Shown: positions 11,169-22,082, numbered from the stretch's first letter. The stretch: DNA of 64,000 nucleotides from Candidatus Hydrogenedentota bacterium (GCA_963745075.1 CAVUWV010000014.1:292344-356343); one strand, 5' to 3'. The notes: generated by a model not told the origin, from the sequence alone. Translations and numbers: made by a program.

Positions 11169-12413
11169 ATGCGCAAGGCATTGACACTAGTAGCCATCGT
11201 GACGCTGGCGGGACTCGTCTCTGGTTGCCCCGGAAGTGAAAAGAGCGCGTCCGACGATAAACCGGAAGCCAAGGCTCCCGAGAAACGGACTTCCATTCCG
11301 GTGGAGGCGCAACTTCCAACTCGAGGGGAAATCTCGGAATACTTCGAAACCACCACGCGCGTCGAGGCGGAACGAAAGGTTACTGTCACCTCCGAAGGCA
11401 TGGGCAAGTGCATGAAAGTCTACGTCGATGAAGGGGATCACGTCCGCGCAGGGGATGTCTTGGCTGAATTAGACAAGCAGGAGCTTGACGCTCAGCTTCG
11501 ATCGGCCAACGCCCAGCTTCAGAAGTTGAAGAGCGACTACGGCCGGTCGAAGGAAATGTTTGACGAAGGGTTGGCGGCCAAGGCCGAGTATGACAACGCC
11601 CGCTACGCCTACGAACAGCAACTCGCGGTCGTCAATCAGCAACAGGTCCAGTTGAACAATATGACAATTCGGGCGCCCATTACCGGCGTGATTACCGTCA
11701 AGAACATTCAGCAAGGCGATTTGGTTTCGTCCGGGTCGCCGGCATTCGACGTGGTGGACACCAATTCGTACATCCTCACGATCAACCCGCCGGAGAAACT
11801 CTTGCCGCGTTTGAAGAAGGGGCAAACCGCACTCGTGAGTGTGGACGCCGCCCAGGGCGATGAGTTCCAGGCCAAGGTTCGCCGCATCAATCCCGCGGTG
11901 GACCCCGCCAGCGGGACCATCAAAGTAACGCTGGATTTCAAAAAGGATGCGATGGCGCAGTTGCGCGAAGCAGCCTTCGCGCGGGTACGGTTGGTCATGG
12001 ACACCCATGAGGACGCCCTGCTCGTGCCCAAAGATGCACTTGTCGAAGAAAATGCGCGGAAATATCTCTTCGTCGTGGAGCCAAAAACCGAAGCGTCCCC
12101 GGAGAAGACGACAACCGCGTCGACAGGTGCTGAAAAGGCTGCGGATGCGGAGGTTCTCGTGGCCAAGCGGGTCGAAGTAAACACCGGCCTGGAGGACAAT
12201 GCGAACGTCGAGATCGTCGACGGTATCGATGCAGAGTCGCCTATCGTGACCGTGGGGCAGCAGACTTTGAAGCCGGGTTCGGAAGTCAAGCTGACCACGG
12301 CCGAAGACGAGCTGATGGCGAAGGCCGATATGAGTGCGGAAGAGGCTCTGAAAGCAGCGGAAGCGGAACGCGCCCGTGGCGCGAAGACGGTGGATCGCCG
12401 CCAGGGCATGTAA
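11169..12413 (+). CDS. RND efflux periplasmic adaptor (MFP), lipoprotein
   Basis: Lipobox-like VSGC; V.EGD.V.AGD.LA.LD, coiled hairpin, IRAPITGVI and LLVPKDAL; GGAGG upstream. Confidence 0.92.
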   Translation: MRKALTLVAIVTLAGLVSGCPGSEKSASDDKPEAKAPEKRTSIPVEAQLPTRGEISEYFETTTRVEAERKVTVTSEGMGKCMKVYVDEGDHVRAGDVLAELDKQELDAQLRSANAQLQKLKSDYGRSKEMFDEGLAAKAEYDNARYAYEQQLAVVNQQQVQLNNMTIRAPITGVITVKNIQQGDLVSSGSPAFDVVDTNSYILTINPPEKLLPRLKKGQTALVSVDAAQGDEFQAKVRRINPAVDPASGTIKVTLDFKKDAMAQLREAAFARVRLVMDTHEDALLVPKDALVEENARKYLFVVEPKTEASPEKTTTASTGAEKAADAEVLVAKRVEVNTGLEDNANVEIVDGIDAESPIVTVGQQTLKPGSEVKLTTAEDELMAKADMSAEEALKAAEAERARGAKTVDRRQGM

Positions 12414-12477
12414 GCCCTGTCGCGGACGAACGGCGTCATGTGTGTTGTGGTGTTGACCTACTGCGGATTCAATCTCT

Positions 12478-15400
12478 ATGTCTGAGCCTCTTTCTGACCC
12501 TTTCGAGCACGAGAAACAGTTCAGCCTGCCCATTCGGCGGCCGGTCACCATGGCCATGGTGTTTCTCACCATCGTGGTGTTCGGGTGGAAGTCCTACCAA
12601 GAACTTCCCATCAATCTCATGCCGGATATCTCCTATCCCACCCTCACCGTGCGCACCGAATACGAAGGCGCCGCGCCGGAAGACGTGGAAAAACTCGTTA
12701 CGCGCCCGCTGGAAGAACAGCTCAGTATCGTCAGTGGCCTCGTAGAACTCAGCAGCACCTCTTCCGCGGGCCTGTCCGAAATCGTCATGGAGTTTACCTG
12801 GGGCACGGACATGAACGTGGCCCAACAGGACGTGCGCGACCGGCTCGACCTCTTCGATCCCCCCAAGGAAGTCACGGAGAAACCCGTGATCCTTCGCTAC
12901 GACCCGACCTTGGACCCCGTCATGCGCGTCGCCATCACCGGCGCGGACGTCTCCGATATCGCGGATCCCGCCGTGCGGAAGGAACGCAACCAGAATCAGT
13001 TGACCGCCATCCGCGAAGCCGCCGAGCGCTACGTGAAGAGCGACCTCGAAGCCGAAATCGGCATCGCTCAGGTCCTGGTAAAGGGTGGCCGGGAACAGGA
13101 AGTGGAAGTCCTCGTCGACGCCGCGGCAGTCAAGAACAAAGGGCTGTCGGTCGAAGGAATCGTGCAAGCCCTGGCGCAACAGAATATCAACCTGTCCGGC
13201 GGTATCCTGCGTGACGGCAAAACCGAATATCTTGTGCGCACCTGGAATGAGTGGAAGAGTGTCCGGGAGATCCCGGATTCCGTCATCGGCAGCGTCGACG
13301 GCCGGCCCATTCGCTTGTCCGACGTGGCCATGGTGCGCATGGGGGAAAAAGACCGGGAGTCCATCGTCCGCATTAACGGGAACGAGGCCGTCGAACTCGA
13401 CATCTTCAAGTGGGGTGACGCCAACACCGTCCGAACGTGCAACACGGTCAAGGATCTCCTGGGATTCGAACGGGATAAGAGCACGCTCGAAAAGCTGCGC
13501 GACTACATGAACGAGGCCTCCAAGCCGCCCACTGACGCGAACGTGCCCACCATTATCGTCATGCAACAGCTCCAGCAGGAGATGCAGAAGTCGCGCACCT
13601 TGCGGGATAAGCTGCCGGAATACTCGCATTTCTACATCGTCAGCGATCAGTCACGCTTCATCTCGTCCGCGATTAAAGAGGTCCAGTCGGCCGCGATTAA
13701 CGGGGGTATCCTCGCGATCATCGTGCTGTATTTCTTCCTGAGGAAACTGAAACCGACGTTTATCATGGGCGTCGCCATCCCCATTTCCATCGTGGCAACC
13801 TTTATCCCCATGTTCATGCAGGATATTACGCTCAACATCATGTCCCTTGGCGGGTTGGCCATGGGTGTCGGGATGCTGGTCGACAACTCGATCGTCGTCA
13901 TGGAAAGCATATCGCGATGTGCCGAAGAGGGCGACGATACGTCGAACTCTGCGAACCGCGGGCGCCAGGAGGTTTTTGGCGCGCTGATTGCCTCGACTCT
14001 GACGTCCATCGCGGTGTTCTTGCCGCTCGCATTCGTCCAGGGGGTCGCGGGGCAGCTCTTCAAGGACCACGCGCTGACGGTCACGTATTCGTTGCTCGCG
14101 TCGCTGCTCGTCGCACTTTACCTGGTGCCGATGGTCGCCTCGCGAAACAAACTCTCGCTCATCGCATCCGGCGACGTGGTGTGGCTCCTGAAAGCCTACC
14201 ACCAGTCCCGGGTGGACGAGGGGAAAGGACGGCTGGAATCCGCGTTAATGATTCCGCTGAACGCGGCACTGGCCTCGGCTCAGTGGCTCATCGATCAGGC
14301 AACACTGAACTACGCTCCCGCACTGGCCCGGTTCCAGAAGGCCTTTGCGGGCGGCGAGGGCACGTCTCTTATTCGCCCCATCCATCTGGTGTGGAACCTG
14401 CTTACCGGGGCCGTTCTCATCTTCCTGGTCACGCTGCTCTTCAGTATTCAGTGTGCGCTCCAGGTGCTGTTGCAAACGATCGTGACGATCTTCTTCCTGA
14501 TTAGTGTCGTATTTGGCGGGGCGTTCAGCTTGGTCGCGGGAATCCTGCACGTCGTGCTCTGGATTCCACTGTGGTTGTTTGACACCGGGTTTGAAGCGTT
14601 CCGCAAGAGTTATACGATATGGCTGCGCTATGCGTTGCGTTGGAGTCCGGCCGTTCTGGTCCTGGTGGTTCTGCTGGCGTTGCACAGCGCATCCCTGGTG
14701 CCGAGCTTGGGCCGCGAATTGATTCCCCATATGAACCAGGGCGAGTTTGGCATCCGGCTGGAGGAGCCCCCGGGCACCCGGTTGGAAGAAACCGAACGCC
14801 GCGCGCGTGAAGTCGAACGCATCGCCATGGCCGTGCCCGAGATTGATAATGTGGCCGTCGAAATCGGACAGGAGTCGCAGAAATCCACCGAGGAACGGGG
14901 CGAGAACGTAGCCGAGTTTTCCATCACCCTGAAAGATCCCAAGAAGAACGTCGTCAAACAGGACGAGATCATGAACAACTTGCGCGTTGCCATTCAGCGC
15001 GCAACCAGCGGCGACGTGACGTTCTCTCTCCCGAGTCTTTTCAGCTTTAAGACCGCCATTGAACTCCAGATTCGCGGAGACCAATACGACGAACTCGAAC
15101 GCATTGGAAAACGCGTGGTTGCGGCCATCGGCTCCGTGCCCGGCGTCAAAGACCCCGAGTTGAACATGAAAGAAGGCTCTCCGGAAGTCATCGTGGCGCT
15201 GGACCGCGATCTCCTCGCGGCGAAGGGCATTGCTCCGGAAACGGTCGCGCAGCGCTTGCGCACCGAGGTTCAGGGTGAGAAACCCACCGAACTGAACCGG
15301 CAAGGCGAAAAGATCGACATCCGGGTGCGGACCGATCGCTCGATGCTTGCCAGCGTCGACGATCTGAAACGCTTGTCCGTCGTGGATGGCTATCCGCCGA

Positions 15401-16116
15401 TTCCGTTGGAGTCCGTGGCCCGCATTTCCGTGCAGGAAGGGCCAAATGAGATCAAGCGGATCGACCAGCGGCAGGTCGCGCTGGTGACGGCCAACGTGTC
15501 CGGCCGCGATCTCGGTGCGGTTATGGACGACGTGTTGGCGGCGGTGAATGACGTGGACGTGCCCCGTGGTTACGAGATCAGCCCCAGCGGTCAGGACCGC
15601 GAATTGCGTACCGCCTATTCGAGCCTGCAATTCGCTCTGATCCTTGCGGTGTTTCTGGTCTACGTCGTGATGGCGTGTCAGTTCGAATCGATTCTCCATC
15701 CGGCCCTCGTGATGACGACCGTGCCGCTCGCGACCATCGGGGTGATTTATACGTTGTCCGCCATGTCGGTCAGCATCAGCATCCTGGTCTATATCGGCGT
15801 CATCGTTCTCGCCGGAATTGTGGTCAATAACGCCATCGTTCTCGTCGATTACATCAATCAACTGATCGAACGCGGCATGCTGCGCGGCGACGCGGTCGTC
15901 GAGGCGGGCCGCGTGCGGCTGCGCCCAATTCTGATGACGACCTTGACGACCATTCTCGGCCTGTGGCCCATGGCCGTGGCTACCGGCGAAGGTGATGAAA
16001 TCCGGCGTCCCATGGCGGTGACGATTATGGCCGGCTTGGCCTCGTCAACTTTGTTGACCCTCGTCGTCATTCCCATGGTCTACTACCTCTTCGGCGGACG
16101 GGGCAAAAAAGCGTGA
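12478..16116 (+). CDS. RND efflux permease (AcrB/D/F family), subunit 1
   Basis: IRRPVT, LPINLMPDIS.P, GAAPEDVE, GMLVDNSIVV.E, GIVVNNAIVLVD and RLRPILMTTLTT. Confidence 0.93.
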   Translation: MSEPLSDPFEHEKQFSLPIRRPVTMAMVFLTIVVFGWKSYQELPINLMPDISYPTLTVRTEYEGAAPEDVEKLVTRPLEEQLSIVSGLVELSSTSSAGLSEIVMEFTWGTDMNVAQQDVRDRLDLFDPPKEVTEKPVILRYDPTLDPVMRVAITGADVSDIADPAVRKERNQNQLTAIREAAERYVKSDLEAEIGIAQVLVKGGREQEVEVLVDAAAVKNKGLSVEGIVQALAQQNINLSGGILRDGKTEYLVRTWNEWKSVREIPDSVIGSVDGRPIRLSDVAMVRMGEKDRESIVRINGNEAVELDIFKWGDANTVRTCNTVKDLLGFERDKSTLEKLRDYMNEASKPPTDANVPTIIVMQQLQQEMQKSRTLRDKLPEYSHFYIVSDQSRFISSAIKEVQSAAINGGILAIIVLYFFLRKLKPTFIMGVAIPISIVATFIPMFMQDITLNIMSLGGLAMGVGMLVDNSIVVMESISRCAEEGDDTSNSANRGRQEVFGALIASTLTSIAVFLPLAFVQGVAGQLFKDHALTVTYSLLASLLVALYLVPMVASRNKLSLIASGDVVWLLKAYHQSRVDEGKGRLESALMIPLNAALASAQWLIDQATLNYAPALARFQKAFAGGEGTSLIRPIHLVWNLLTGAVLIFLVTLLFSIQCALQVLLQTIVTIFFLISVVFGGAFSLVAGILHVVLWIPLWLFDTGFEAFRKSYTIWLRYALRWSPAVLVLVVLLALHSASLVPSLGRELIPHMNQGEFGIRLEEPPGTRLEETERRAREVERIAMAVPEIDNVAVEIGQESQKSTEERGENVAEFSITLKDPKKNVVKQDEIMNNLRVAIQRATSGDVTFSLPSLFSFKTAIELQIRGDQYDELERIGKRVVAAIGSVPGVKDPELNMKEGSPEVIVALDRDLLAAKGIAPETVAQRLRTEVQGEKPTELNRQGEKIDIRVRTDRSMLASVDDLKRLSVVDGYPPIPLESVARISVQEGPNEIKRIDQRQVALVTANVSGRDLGAVMDDVLAAVNDVDVPRGYEISPSGQDRELRTAYSSLQFALILAVFLVYVVMACQFESILHPALVMTTVPLATIGVIYTLSAMSVSISILVYIGVIVLAGIVVNNAIVLVDYINQLIERGMLRGDAVVEAGRVRLRPILMTTLTTILGLWPMAVATGEGDEIRRPMAVTIMAGLASSTLLTLVVIPMVYYLFGGRGKKA

Positions 16117-19100
16117 AGCGGTCCCTTCCAGGCATAGCGCTCAGCCGCCCGATCACCGTAATCATGCTCGTGCTGACGGTGATCGGTTTGGGTATCATTG
16201 CACGCTATCGAATTCCCCTCGAGTTCTTGCCGCCCATCGATCTCCCCTTCATCTTCTGCCAGATTCCCTATGTCGGCGCGACGCCCTCTCAGGTGGAGAA
16301 GGAAGTCGCCATTCCCGCCGAAGGCGAGTTCCGCACGCTATCGAACTTGAAACGAATCCAAACCACGTCCGACATGAACGGATGCGTCGTCCGCATCTTC
16401 TTCGATATGGGTACCGACATGTCCCTGGCTACGGCCGAGGTTCGAGATCGGATCGAGCGGCTAAAGCTGGACTTGCCGGATGAGATCGAGCGCATCGCGA
16501 TACGTAAGTTCAGCTCCAATTCCATGCCGATTATGGCATTCGCCTTATACGGTCCCGGCGATGACGAGGAACTCACCTACCTGGTGCGAACCGTGCTGCA
16601 ACCTCGCATGATGCGCCTCGAAGGGGTCGCGGACGTCAGCGTATTCGGCAAACCGGAACGCGAAGTGCTGATTGAGTTCAATCAGTCCGAGTTGCGCAGC
16701 CGTGGCTTGAGCCTCTTTCAGGTCGTGTCCGCGCTGCGGCAAACCAGTATCAACATGACCGTCGGCGACATGGTAGACGGAAATACGCGCTATTACGTCC
16801 GGGCCCTCGACGAATTCACCACTCCGGAAGATCTCGGGCAACTCGTGGTCGGTCCAAACGCGTTGCGCTTGCGCGACGTCGCCGACGTAGGTTACCGCAC
16901 CCGCGACGTGACCTCCGGATACGCCATCGATGGGCAATCCGGCACGTTCTTGTTGGTCCGCAAGGAGTCGGAAGCCAATACGATCGCCACGTGTAAAGCG
17001 GTTCAGGACGAACTCGGACGCATGGAGACCGATCCCCAATTCAAGGGGGTCCAGTACTTCATGTTCTTCGATCAGAGCGATATGATTCTCTCCGCCCTCA
17101 ATGGGCTGGTCGCCGCGGGCAAGTACGGCGGCACACTGGCGGTCATTGTCCTCTTTCTCTTTCTGGGGCGGATTCGGCCCACGCTCATCGTCGCGCTGGC
17201 CATTCCCGCGTCGATCGTGGTGGCGCTGGTATTCATGTTCTTCATCGGCATGACGCTCAACGTCGTGACGATGATCTCGCTGATTATCGGCCTCGGCATG
17301 CTGGTGGATAATTCGATCGTCGTCATCGAAAACATTACACGTCACATCCAATTGGGATGCTCCGCCAAGGAAGGCGCGCTTCGCGGCGCTGCGGAAATGG
17401 CCATGGCAATATCCGCATCCACCTTGACGACCTGCGTGGTATTCATCCCCATCGTCTACCTTGGCGCGGGGGAGATGTCAACGTACATGCGCGCTTTCGC
17501 GATACCCATCACGGTTTCCCTGGTGGCTAGCCTCGTTATCGCGTTGACGGTCATTCCCTTGGCGGCGAGCCGTATGAAGCCGCGGCATGAACTGGCATTG
17601 CTGCGAGTATTCAGCCGGCCCGCGATGGCGCAGACCCCCGGCTCGTCCGCGTCGCTCCCCGGCAAACGCCGGTTTCGTTTTCCCCGGTTCATGCACCCCA
17701 TCCACTATTTGATTGATTCCTACATCCGATGCCTGGACTGGGTCTTGCGCTGGCGACTCGCCACCGCCGTCGTGATCCTTGCGGTTATTGCCGTGACGTT
17801 TGCAATCCCCTTCATGCACCTCAAACGGCAGGGGATGCCCACCGTCGATACGCGGCGAATTTCCATTGAGGTGCAACTCGATCAAGGCTTTACGCTTCAG
17901 GAAGCGCGCAATACCTTCGATGAAATCGAGGGGGTTATCGACGAACAACGCGACGAACTCGGCATCAAGAACGTCTTTGTCCGCTACGACACAACAGGCG
18001 GCAGTGTGGACGTCTACCTCTACACCGACGAAGACCTGGAAGAGAGCGGGGGTACGCTTCCGTACACCACCGACCAGGTGATGGACATTCTCTGGCAGCG
18101 GATGCCGGCTCGGGTGCCGGGCGGTGAACTCCGCTTCTCCATCGCCGAGGCGAGTGAAACGTCCTCACGCTCATTCGCGCTGCAAGTGCGCGGCGACGAC
18201 GCCCAAACGTTATCGAAATACGCCGAGCGCTTGAAAGTCCTGATGAAGGAGAACATCCCCGAGATTCAGGAGATCACGACGGATTCGGACCGCGCCAAGC
18301 AGGAAGTGCAGATCGACGTCAATGAAACCTTGGCGGAGTTCTACGGGCTCACGCCCCTCGCTATCGCTCAGACCGTTGATTTTGCCCTGCGAGGGATTCA
18401 GATCACCAAGTTGAAGCAGGGGGGACGGGAGATTCCGGTTTGGGCCCAATTCCAGGAAGAAGATCGCAAATCACGGAGCAACCTCGAAAACGTGACCGTG
18501 TACGGATCCAAGGGGCAACCGGTGCCCATCGAACGGGTCGTCGAATTCTCGAAAGACAAAAGCCCCCAGGCGATCGTCCGCGTCAACGGCAAAAACGTTG
18601 TCTCGCTTACCGCGAAAATCCGCGGAGAAGACTTGGGCGGCGTGTTGGACAAGCTCAAGACGCTCCTGAACGACTTCGACCTTCCGCGAGGGTATACCGT
18701 CGAGTTTGGAGACGAATTGCTCGCGCTCGACGAAAACATGTCGAACTTCAGCACCGCGTTCTTTCTCGCACTGGTCCTGATCTATATCGTCATGGGCGCC
18801 GTCTTCGAATCCTACTTGTTGCCTTGGTCTATTCTGACCACGATCCCGTTGGCCGGCATCGGCGTAGTCTGGTCTCTCTACATTTTCGATTCGCCTGTCG
18901 ATACCGTGACCATGATTGGGATCATCCTGCTTCTGGGAATCATCGTAAACAACGGGATCGTGTTGATCGACTACATCAACCAGATGCGCAAGTCCGGCAT
19001 GGACCGTCACGACGCCATCATCGGCTCCGGACGCGACCGGTTCCGGCCCGTCATGATGACGGCGTTGACGACAATTCTGGGGTGCGTTCCTCTCGCCCTG

Positions 19101-19283
19101 GGCGGCGCCATCGGCGGCGAAGTTTCCTTCGGCGGTCTCGGGCGCGCCCTCATCGGCGGCCTTACCACGGGCACGATCCTGACCCTCTTCATCGTACCCG
19201 TCACCTACACCATCTTCGACGATATCCGCATCTGGTTCCTCGAGTTCTTTTCAAACGTCGCCTCTATCTTCCAGCGCGCGTAG
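16113..19283 (+). CDS. RND efflux permease (AcrB/D/F family), subunit 2
   Basis: GTGA overlap with the previous gene; GMLVDNSIVVIE, GIIVNNGIVLID and RFRPVMMTALTT. Confidence 0.93.
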   Translation: MKRSLPGIALSRPITVIMLVLTVIGLGIIARYRIPLEFLPPIDLPFIFCQIPYVGATPSQVEKEVAIPAEGEFRTLSNLKRIQTTSDMNGCVVRIFFDMGTDMSLATAEVRDRIERLKLDLPDEIERIAIRKFSSNSMPIMAFALYGPGDDEELTYLVRTVLQPRMMRLEGVADVSVFGKPEREVLIEFNQSELRSRGLSLFQVVSALRQTSINMTVGDMVDGNTRYYVRALDEFTTPEDLGQLVVGPNALRLRDVADVGYRTRDVTSGYAIDGQSGTFLLVRKESEANTIATCKAVQDELGRMETDPQFKGVQYFMFFDQSDMILSALNGLVAAGKYGGTLAVIVLFLFLGRIRPTLIVALAIPASIVVALVFMFFIGMTLNVVTMISLIIGLGMLVDNSIVVIENITRHIQLGCSAKEGALRGAAEMAMAISASTLTTCVVFIPIVYLGAGEMSTYMRAFAIPITVSLVASLVIALTVIPLAASRMKPRHELALLRVFSRPAMAQTPGSSASLPGKRRFRFPRFMHPIHYLIDSYIRCLDWVLRWRLATAVVILAVIAVTFAIPFMHLKRQGMPTVDTRRISIEVQLDQGFTLQEARNTFDEIEGVIDEQRDELGIKNVFVRYDTTGGSVDVYLYTDEDLEESGGTLPYTTDQVMDILWQRMPARVPGGELRFSIAEASETSSRSFALQVRGDDAQTLSKYAERLKVLMKENIPEIQEITTDSDRAKQEVQIDVNETLAEFYGLTPLAIAQTVDFALRGIQITKLKQGGREIPVWAQFQEEDRKSRSNLENVTVYGSKGQPVPIERVVEFSKDKSPQAIVRVNGKNVVSLTAKIRGEDLGGVLDKLKTLLNDFDLPRGYTVEFGDELLALDENMSNFSTAFFLALVLIYIVMGAVFESYLLPWSILTTIPLAGIGVVWSLYIFDSPVDTVTMIGIILLLGIIVNNGIVLIDYINQMRKSGMDRHDAIIGSGRDRFRPVMMTALTTILGCVPLALGGAIGGEVSFGGLGRALIGGLTTGTILTLFIVPVTYTIFDDIRIWFLEFFSNVASIFQRA

Positions 19284-19306
19284 GCTGAAACATAAACAGG
19301 CTGACG

Positions 19307-20593
19307 TTACTTGCGCAACGCCTGCAGCTCGTACTCCGGCAGCTTCTTCTCCGCAAAAATTGGTTTGAATCGGGTGAAGCGCTGGCGCCCATTGACGACC
19401 GGCACGCTTGCCCAGTCTTCTCCGATCAGCGGTTTTGCGTAGCGCACGAAATCGTCCGTGACGTCGATCTTGTTCGAGGCGAGCCATTCCTTCGGGAACG
19501 TGCGCTCCGAGTTGGCGACCTTCTCCAGCGGCACCTGGTCGTACCGCACGTTGTAGATGGGACCCGGCTCGCGCAGAATCGTCGCCATCCAGCCGTTCTC
19601 GCCTTCGTGCGCGATCAGGGCGGCTTTCTGACCCACCTTGTAGGCTTCGTCGAGGTCGGGAATGGACGCGTACAAACAGGTGTCACGCTGATCCGTGCCG
19701 GAAACCTGGCCCCGGGCCGCGCCGGGCACGGGCAAGCCCCGTTCGTTTAACATCGTCACAACTTGCTGAGCGACGGTCGTCTTAGACGCGCTGAACTGGG
19801 TATGGCCGAAGCTGTCTTTGGTCGCGCCGATATCGCCGACTTCAAACCCTTCGCTGACCACGATGATGCAGCGGCCGTCCCGCTTGAGTCGATCGTTGAC
19901 GTTGTCGCACATCTCCTCGGCGGTGACCGCGGACTCGGTCAGGTAGATCTGCAAGGGGATTTCCCGTTTCGGATCCGCGAGTCGTGCCGCGGCGGGGATG
20001 TAGCCGATTTTGCGCCCCATGGCTTGCAGCACCAGTACGGGGTCGGCGGGGGACGAACCGGCATTTTCCTCATTCGCGTTCTGGACGATGCCCATCCAGT
20101 ACCGCGCGACCGACCCGTACCCCGGCGTGTGGTCGATAAGTTTGAACTCCGAATCGCCCACGTCGTTGTCGATAGTTTTCGGGACCCCGACAGCCACCAA
20201 ATCAAGTCCTCGTTCGTGCGCGAGCACACTGATCTTGTGGGCCGTGTCCATCGAATCGTTGCCGCCGTTGTAGAAGAAGTAACCGATGTCATGGGCCTTC
20301 ATGACCTCAATGACACGCTCGAAATCTTCATTCTGGTTCTTCTTCAACTTGTACCGGCACGTGCCGATGGAACCCGCCGCGGGGGTGTAGCGGAGCAGCG
20401 CGACTTCCTCTTCGTCCTGGGCGGAGAGGTTCAACAGTTCCTCTTTCAACACGCCCTCGATGCCGTGCCATCCCGCGTAGATGGTCCCGAAGGTGTCCGG
20501 AAACATTTTGCAGGCGTCAATGACGCCGCGAAGCGAGCTATTGATAACCGGGCTTGGACCGCCCGATTGTGCCACGATAACGTTCTTTGGCAT
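19307..20593 (-). CDS. pfp: Pyrophosphate-dependent phosphofructokinase family protein
   Basis: AQSGGPSPVIN, GTCRYKL, GGNDSMDT (Asp type, PPi-preferring), PKTIDND and MGR. ATG 20593 follows AAGGAG. Confidence 0.82.
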   Translation of the reverse strand: MPKNVIVAQSGGPSPVINSSLRGVIDACKMFPDTFGTIYAGWHGIEGVLKEELLNLSAQDEEEVALLRYTPAAGSIGTCRYKLKKNQNEDFERVIEVMKAHDIGYFFYNGGNDSMDTAHKISVLAHERGLDLVAVGVPKTIDNDVGDSEFKLIDHTPGYGSVARYWMGIVQNANEENAGSSPADPVLVLQAMGRKIGYIPAAARLADPKREIPLQIYLTESAVTAEEMCDNVNDRLKRDGRCIIVVSEGFEVGDIGATKDSFGHTQFSASKTTVAQQVVTMLNERGLPVPGAARGQVSGTDQRDTCLYASIPDLDEAYKVGQKAALIAHEGENGWMATILREPGPIYNVRYDQVPLEKVANSERTFPKEWLASNKIDVTDDFVRYAKPLIGEDWASVPVVNGRQRFTRFKPIFAEKKLPEYELQALRK

Positions 20594-20648
20594 CCCCCTG
20601 TTACTCCTTTCTAACGATAAAATGAATGGCGTCGCAAATACGCCCCCT

Positions 20649-20728
20649 GTCATCCTGAGCGCCAGCGAAGGATCTCATTACGCCTGCGCTTCTCTATCTG
20701 GAGATCCTTCGCTGGCGCTCAGGATGAC
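20649..20728. repeat. REP-like palindrome with perfect 28-bp arms
   Basis: GTCATCCTGAGCGCCAGCGAAGGATCTC (20649-20676) and its exact reverse complement (20701-20728), with a 24-nt spacer. Confidence 0.9.
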
Positions 20729-20774
20729 GGAGCTGTGTCTCCTGGCAGAACGGGCGCCAGGCCCCGTTGATCCT

Positions 20775-22061
20775 CTAACCGCCAACCACGGCAGGCCGTC
20801 GCGGTTCTGGATTGCCCTGCCTTAATCGATACAATACCTCGCCGGCCCGTTCGACGCGAAGCAGCCCTTCGTCTTTACGGTTTCGCCAGTCCTCCGGATC
20901 GATCGAAGCGGGGTCGCGATAGCCGAGGTTGATGGCTTTACACTCGTCCTCGGGTATCGATGTGGCCAGCGTCACCTGCACGCGGCACTTCTCCACGCCG
21001 TCCTCATAGGTGCCAATCCCGCGCACATGCGTCGAGTGGGCGAGAATGCCGCCGGGGATGTCCCGGAAACGATCCATCTGGGCGAGGAAATAGTCGCGCG
21101 TGTGATACCCGATCTTCTTGATGAGTTCACCGTGGGTCACGCTTACTTCTTTAATATGCGGACCGTAGATGATCAGCTCGCCGCCGTCGGCCACAACCGG
21201 CTCCAGTTTGTACATGCACTTGCCCGCAACCCAAATCTCGTCATACATCTCGGGCGCCATGGCCAGCACGCTCTTGAAGGGGCGGTCCATATAACGGATG
21301 TGCGTCTGCGCGGACAGGTCCGCCGCAGCATCCCAGGCCTCTTCCGGCGTTCCGTAGAAGATACCCTTGCAGTCCTTGCCCATGACGTTCAGGCAGAAAC
21401 AACGTTTCTCGATATGAATCATGGACGCGGCCGTGTCCACCACTTTGCGGACCGGCGTGTGTTTCGTCCCATTGATCATGGGATTCGTAATCAACGCGCC
21501 GAGCCAATGGAACACGTTTAAGATCTCAGCGCCCGCGATGCCGGGGAAGAAGTACTTGTTGCCCCCGCTGAATCCAACGACCTCGTGAGGGAATACCGGA
21601 CCTACAACGCAGATCAGATCGTAGTCGAAGATGCGTCTGTTGATCGTGACGTCGACGCGCTCATGCAGCAAACCCTGCGAAATCTCGCCGAGCATGTCTT
21701 CGGTGAGGGTGCCGATTTTCATCAGGGCGTGGGTGTTCTTCCATTCGTGGTTGAAGATGCCGACGTTGCGATACTTGCCCTCGCGTTCCTCACGGGAGAT
21801 CCCCACGAGTTTCCGGATTGCCGTCTCAGGCATCGGGGGATGGGTGCCAAGCGCGATCAGAAAATCCATCTTTGCCACGCGCAGGTGCAAGGTGTCGTGC
21901 AATGCACGGAACATCGCGGGCATGGGCATGCTGCGAGTCGCATCGGGTATGATGAAAAGCACGCGTTTTCCCTGGACGTGCTCCTTGGCAAAGGCCTCGC
22001 GCACATAGCGATCGAGCTGGTCGTCGGTCAGGTACCCCGAATCTTGAACGCGTTGAATCAT
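20775..22061 (-). CDS. LarA / lactate-racemase-domain (DUF2088) protein, possible sugar-acid 2-epimerase (GntE-like)
   Basis: IIPDATR, IALGTHPPM, FNHEW, PHEVVGFSGGNKYFFPG and GKCMYKLEPVVADGGELIIY match nickel-pincer racemases/epimerases. Substrate is inferred from context only. Confidence 0.82.
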   Translation of the reverse strand: MIQRVQDSGYLTDDQLDRYVREAFAKEHVQGKRVLFIIPDATRSMPMPAMFRALHDTLHLRVAKMDFLIALGTHPPMPETAIRKLVGISREEREGKYRNVGIFNHEWKNTHALMKIGTLTEDMLGEISQGLLHERVDVTINRRIFDYDLICVVGPVFPHEVVGFSGGNKYFFPGIAGAEILNVFHWLGALITNPMINGTKHTPVRKVVDTAASMIHIEKRCFCLNVMGKDCKGIFYGTPEEAWDAAADLSAQTHIRYMDRPFKSVLAMAPEMYDEIWVAGKCMYKLEPVVADGGELIIYGPHIKEVSVTHGELIKKIGYHTRDYFLAQMDRFRDIPGGILAHSTHVRGIGTYEDGVEKCRVQVTLATSIPEDECKAINLGYRDPASIDPEDWRNRKDEGLLRVERAGEVLYRLRQGNPEPRRPAVVGG

Positions 22062-22082
22062 CGTATGCCCGCTCTCTGTCGA

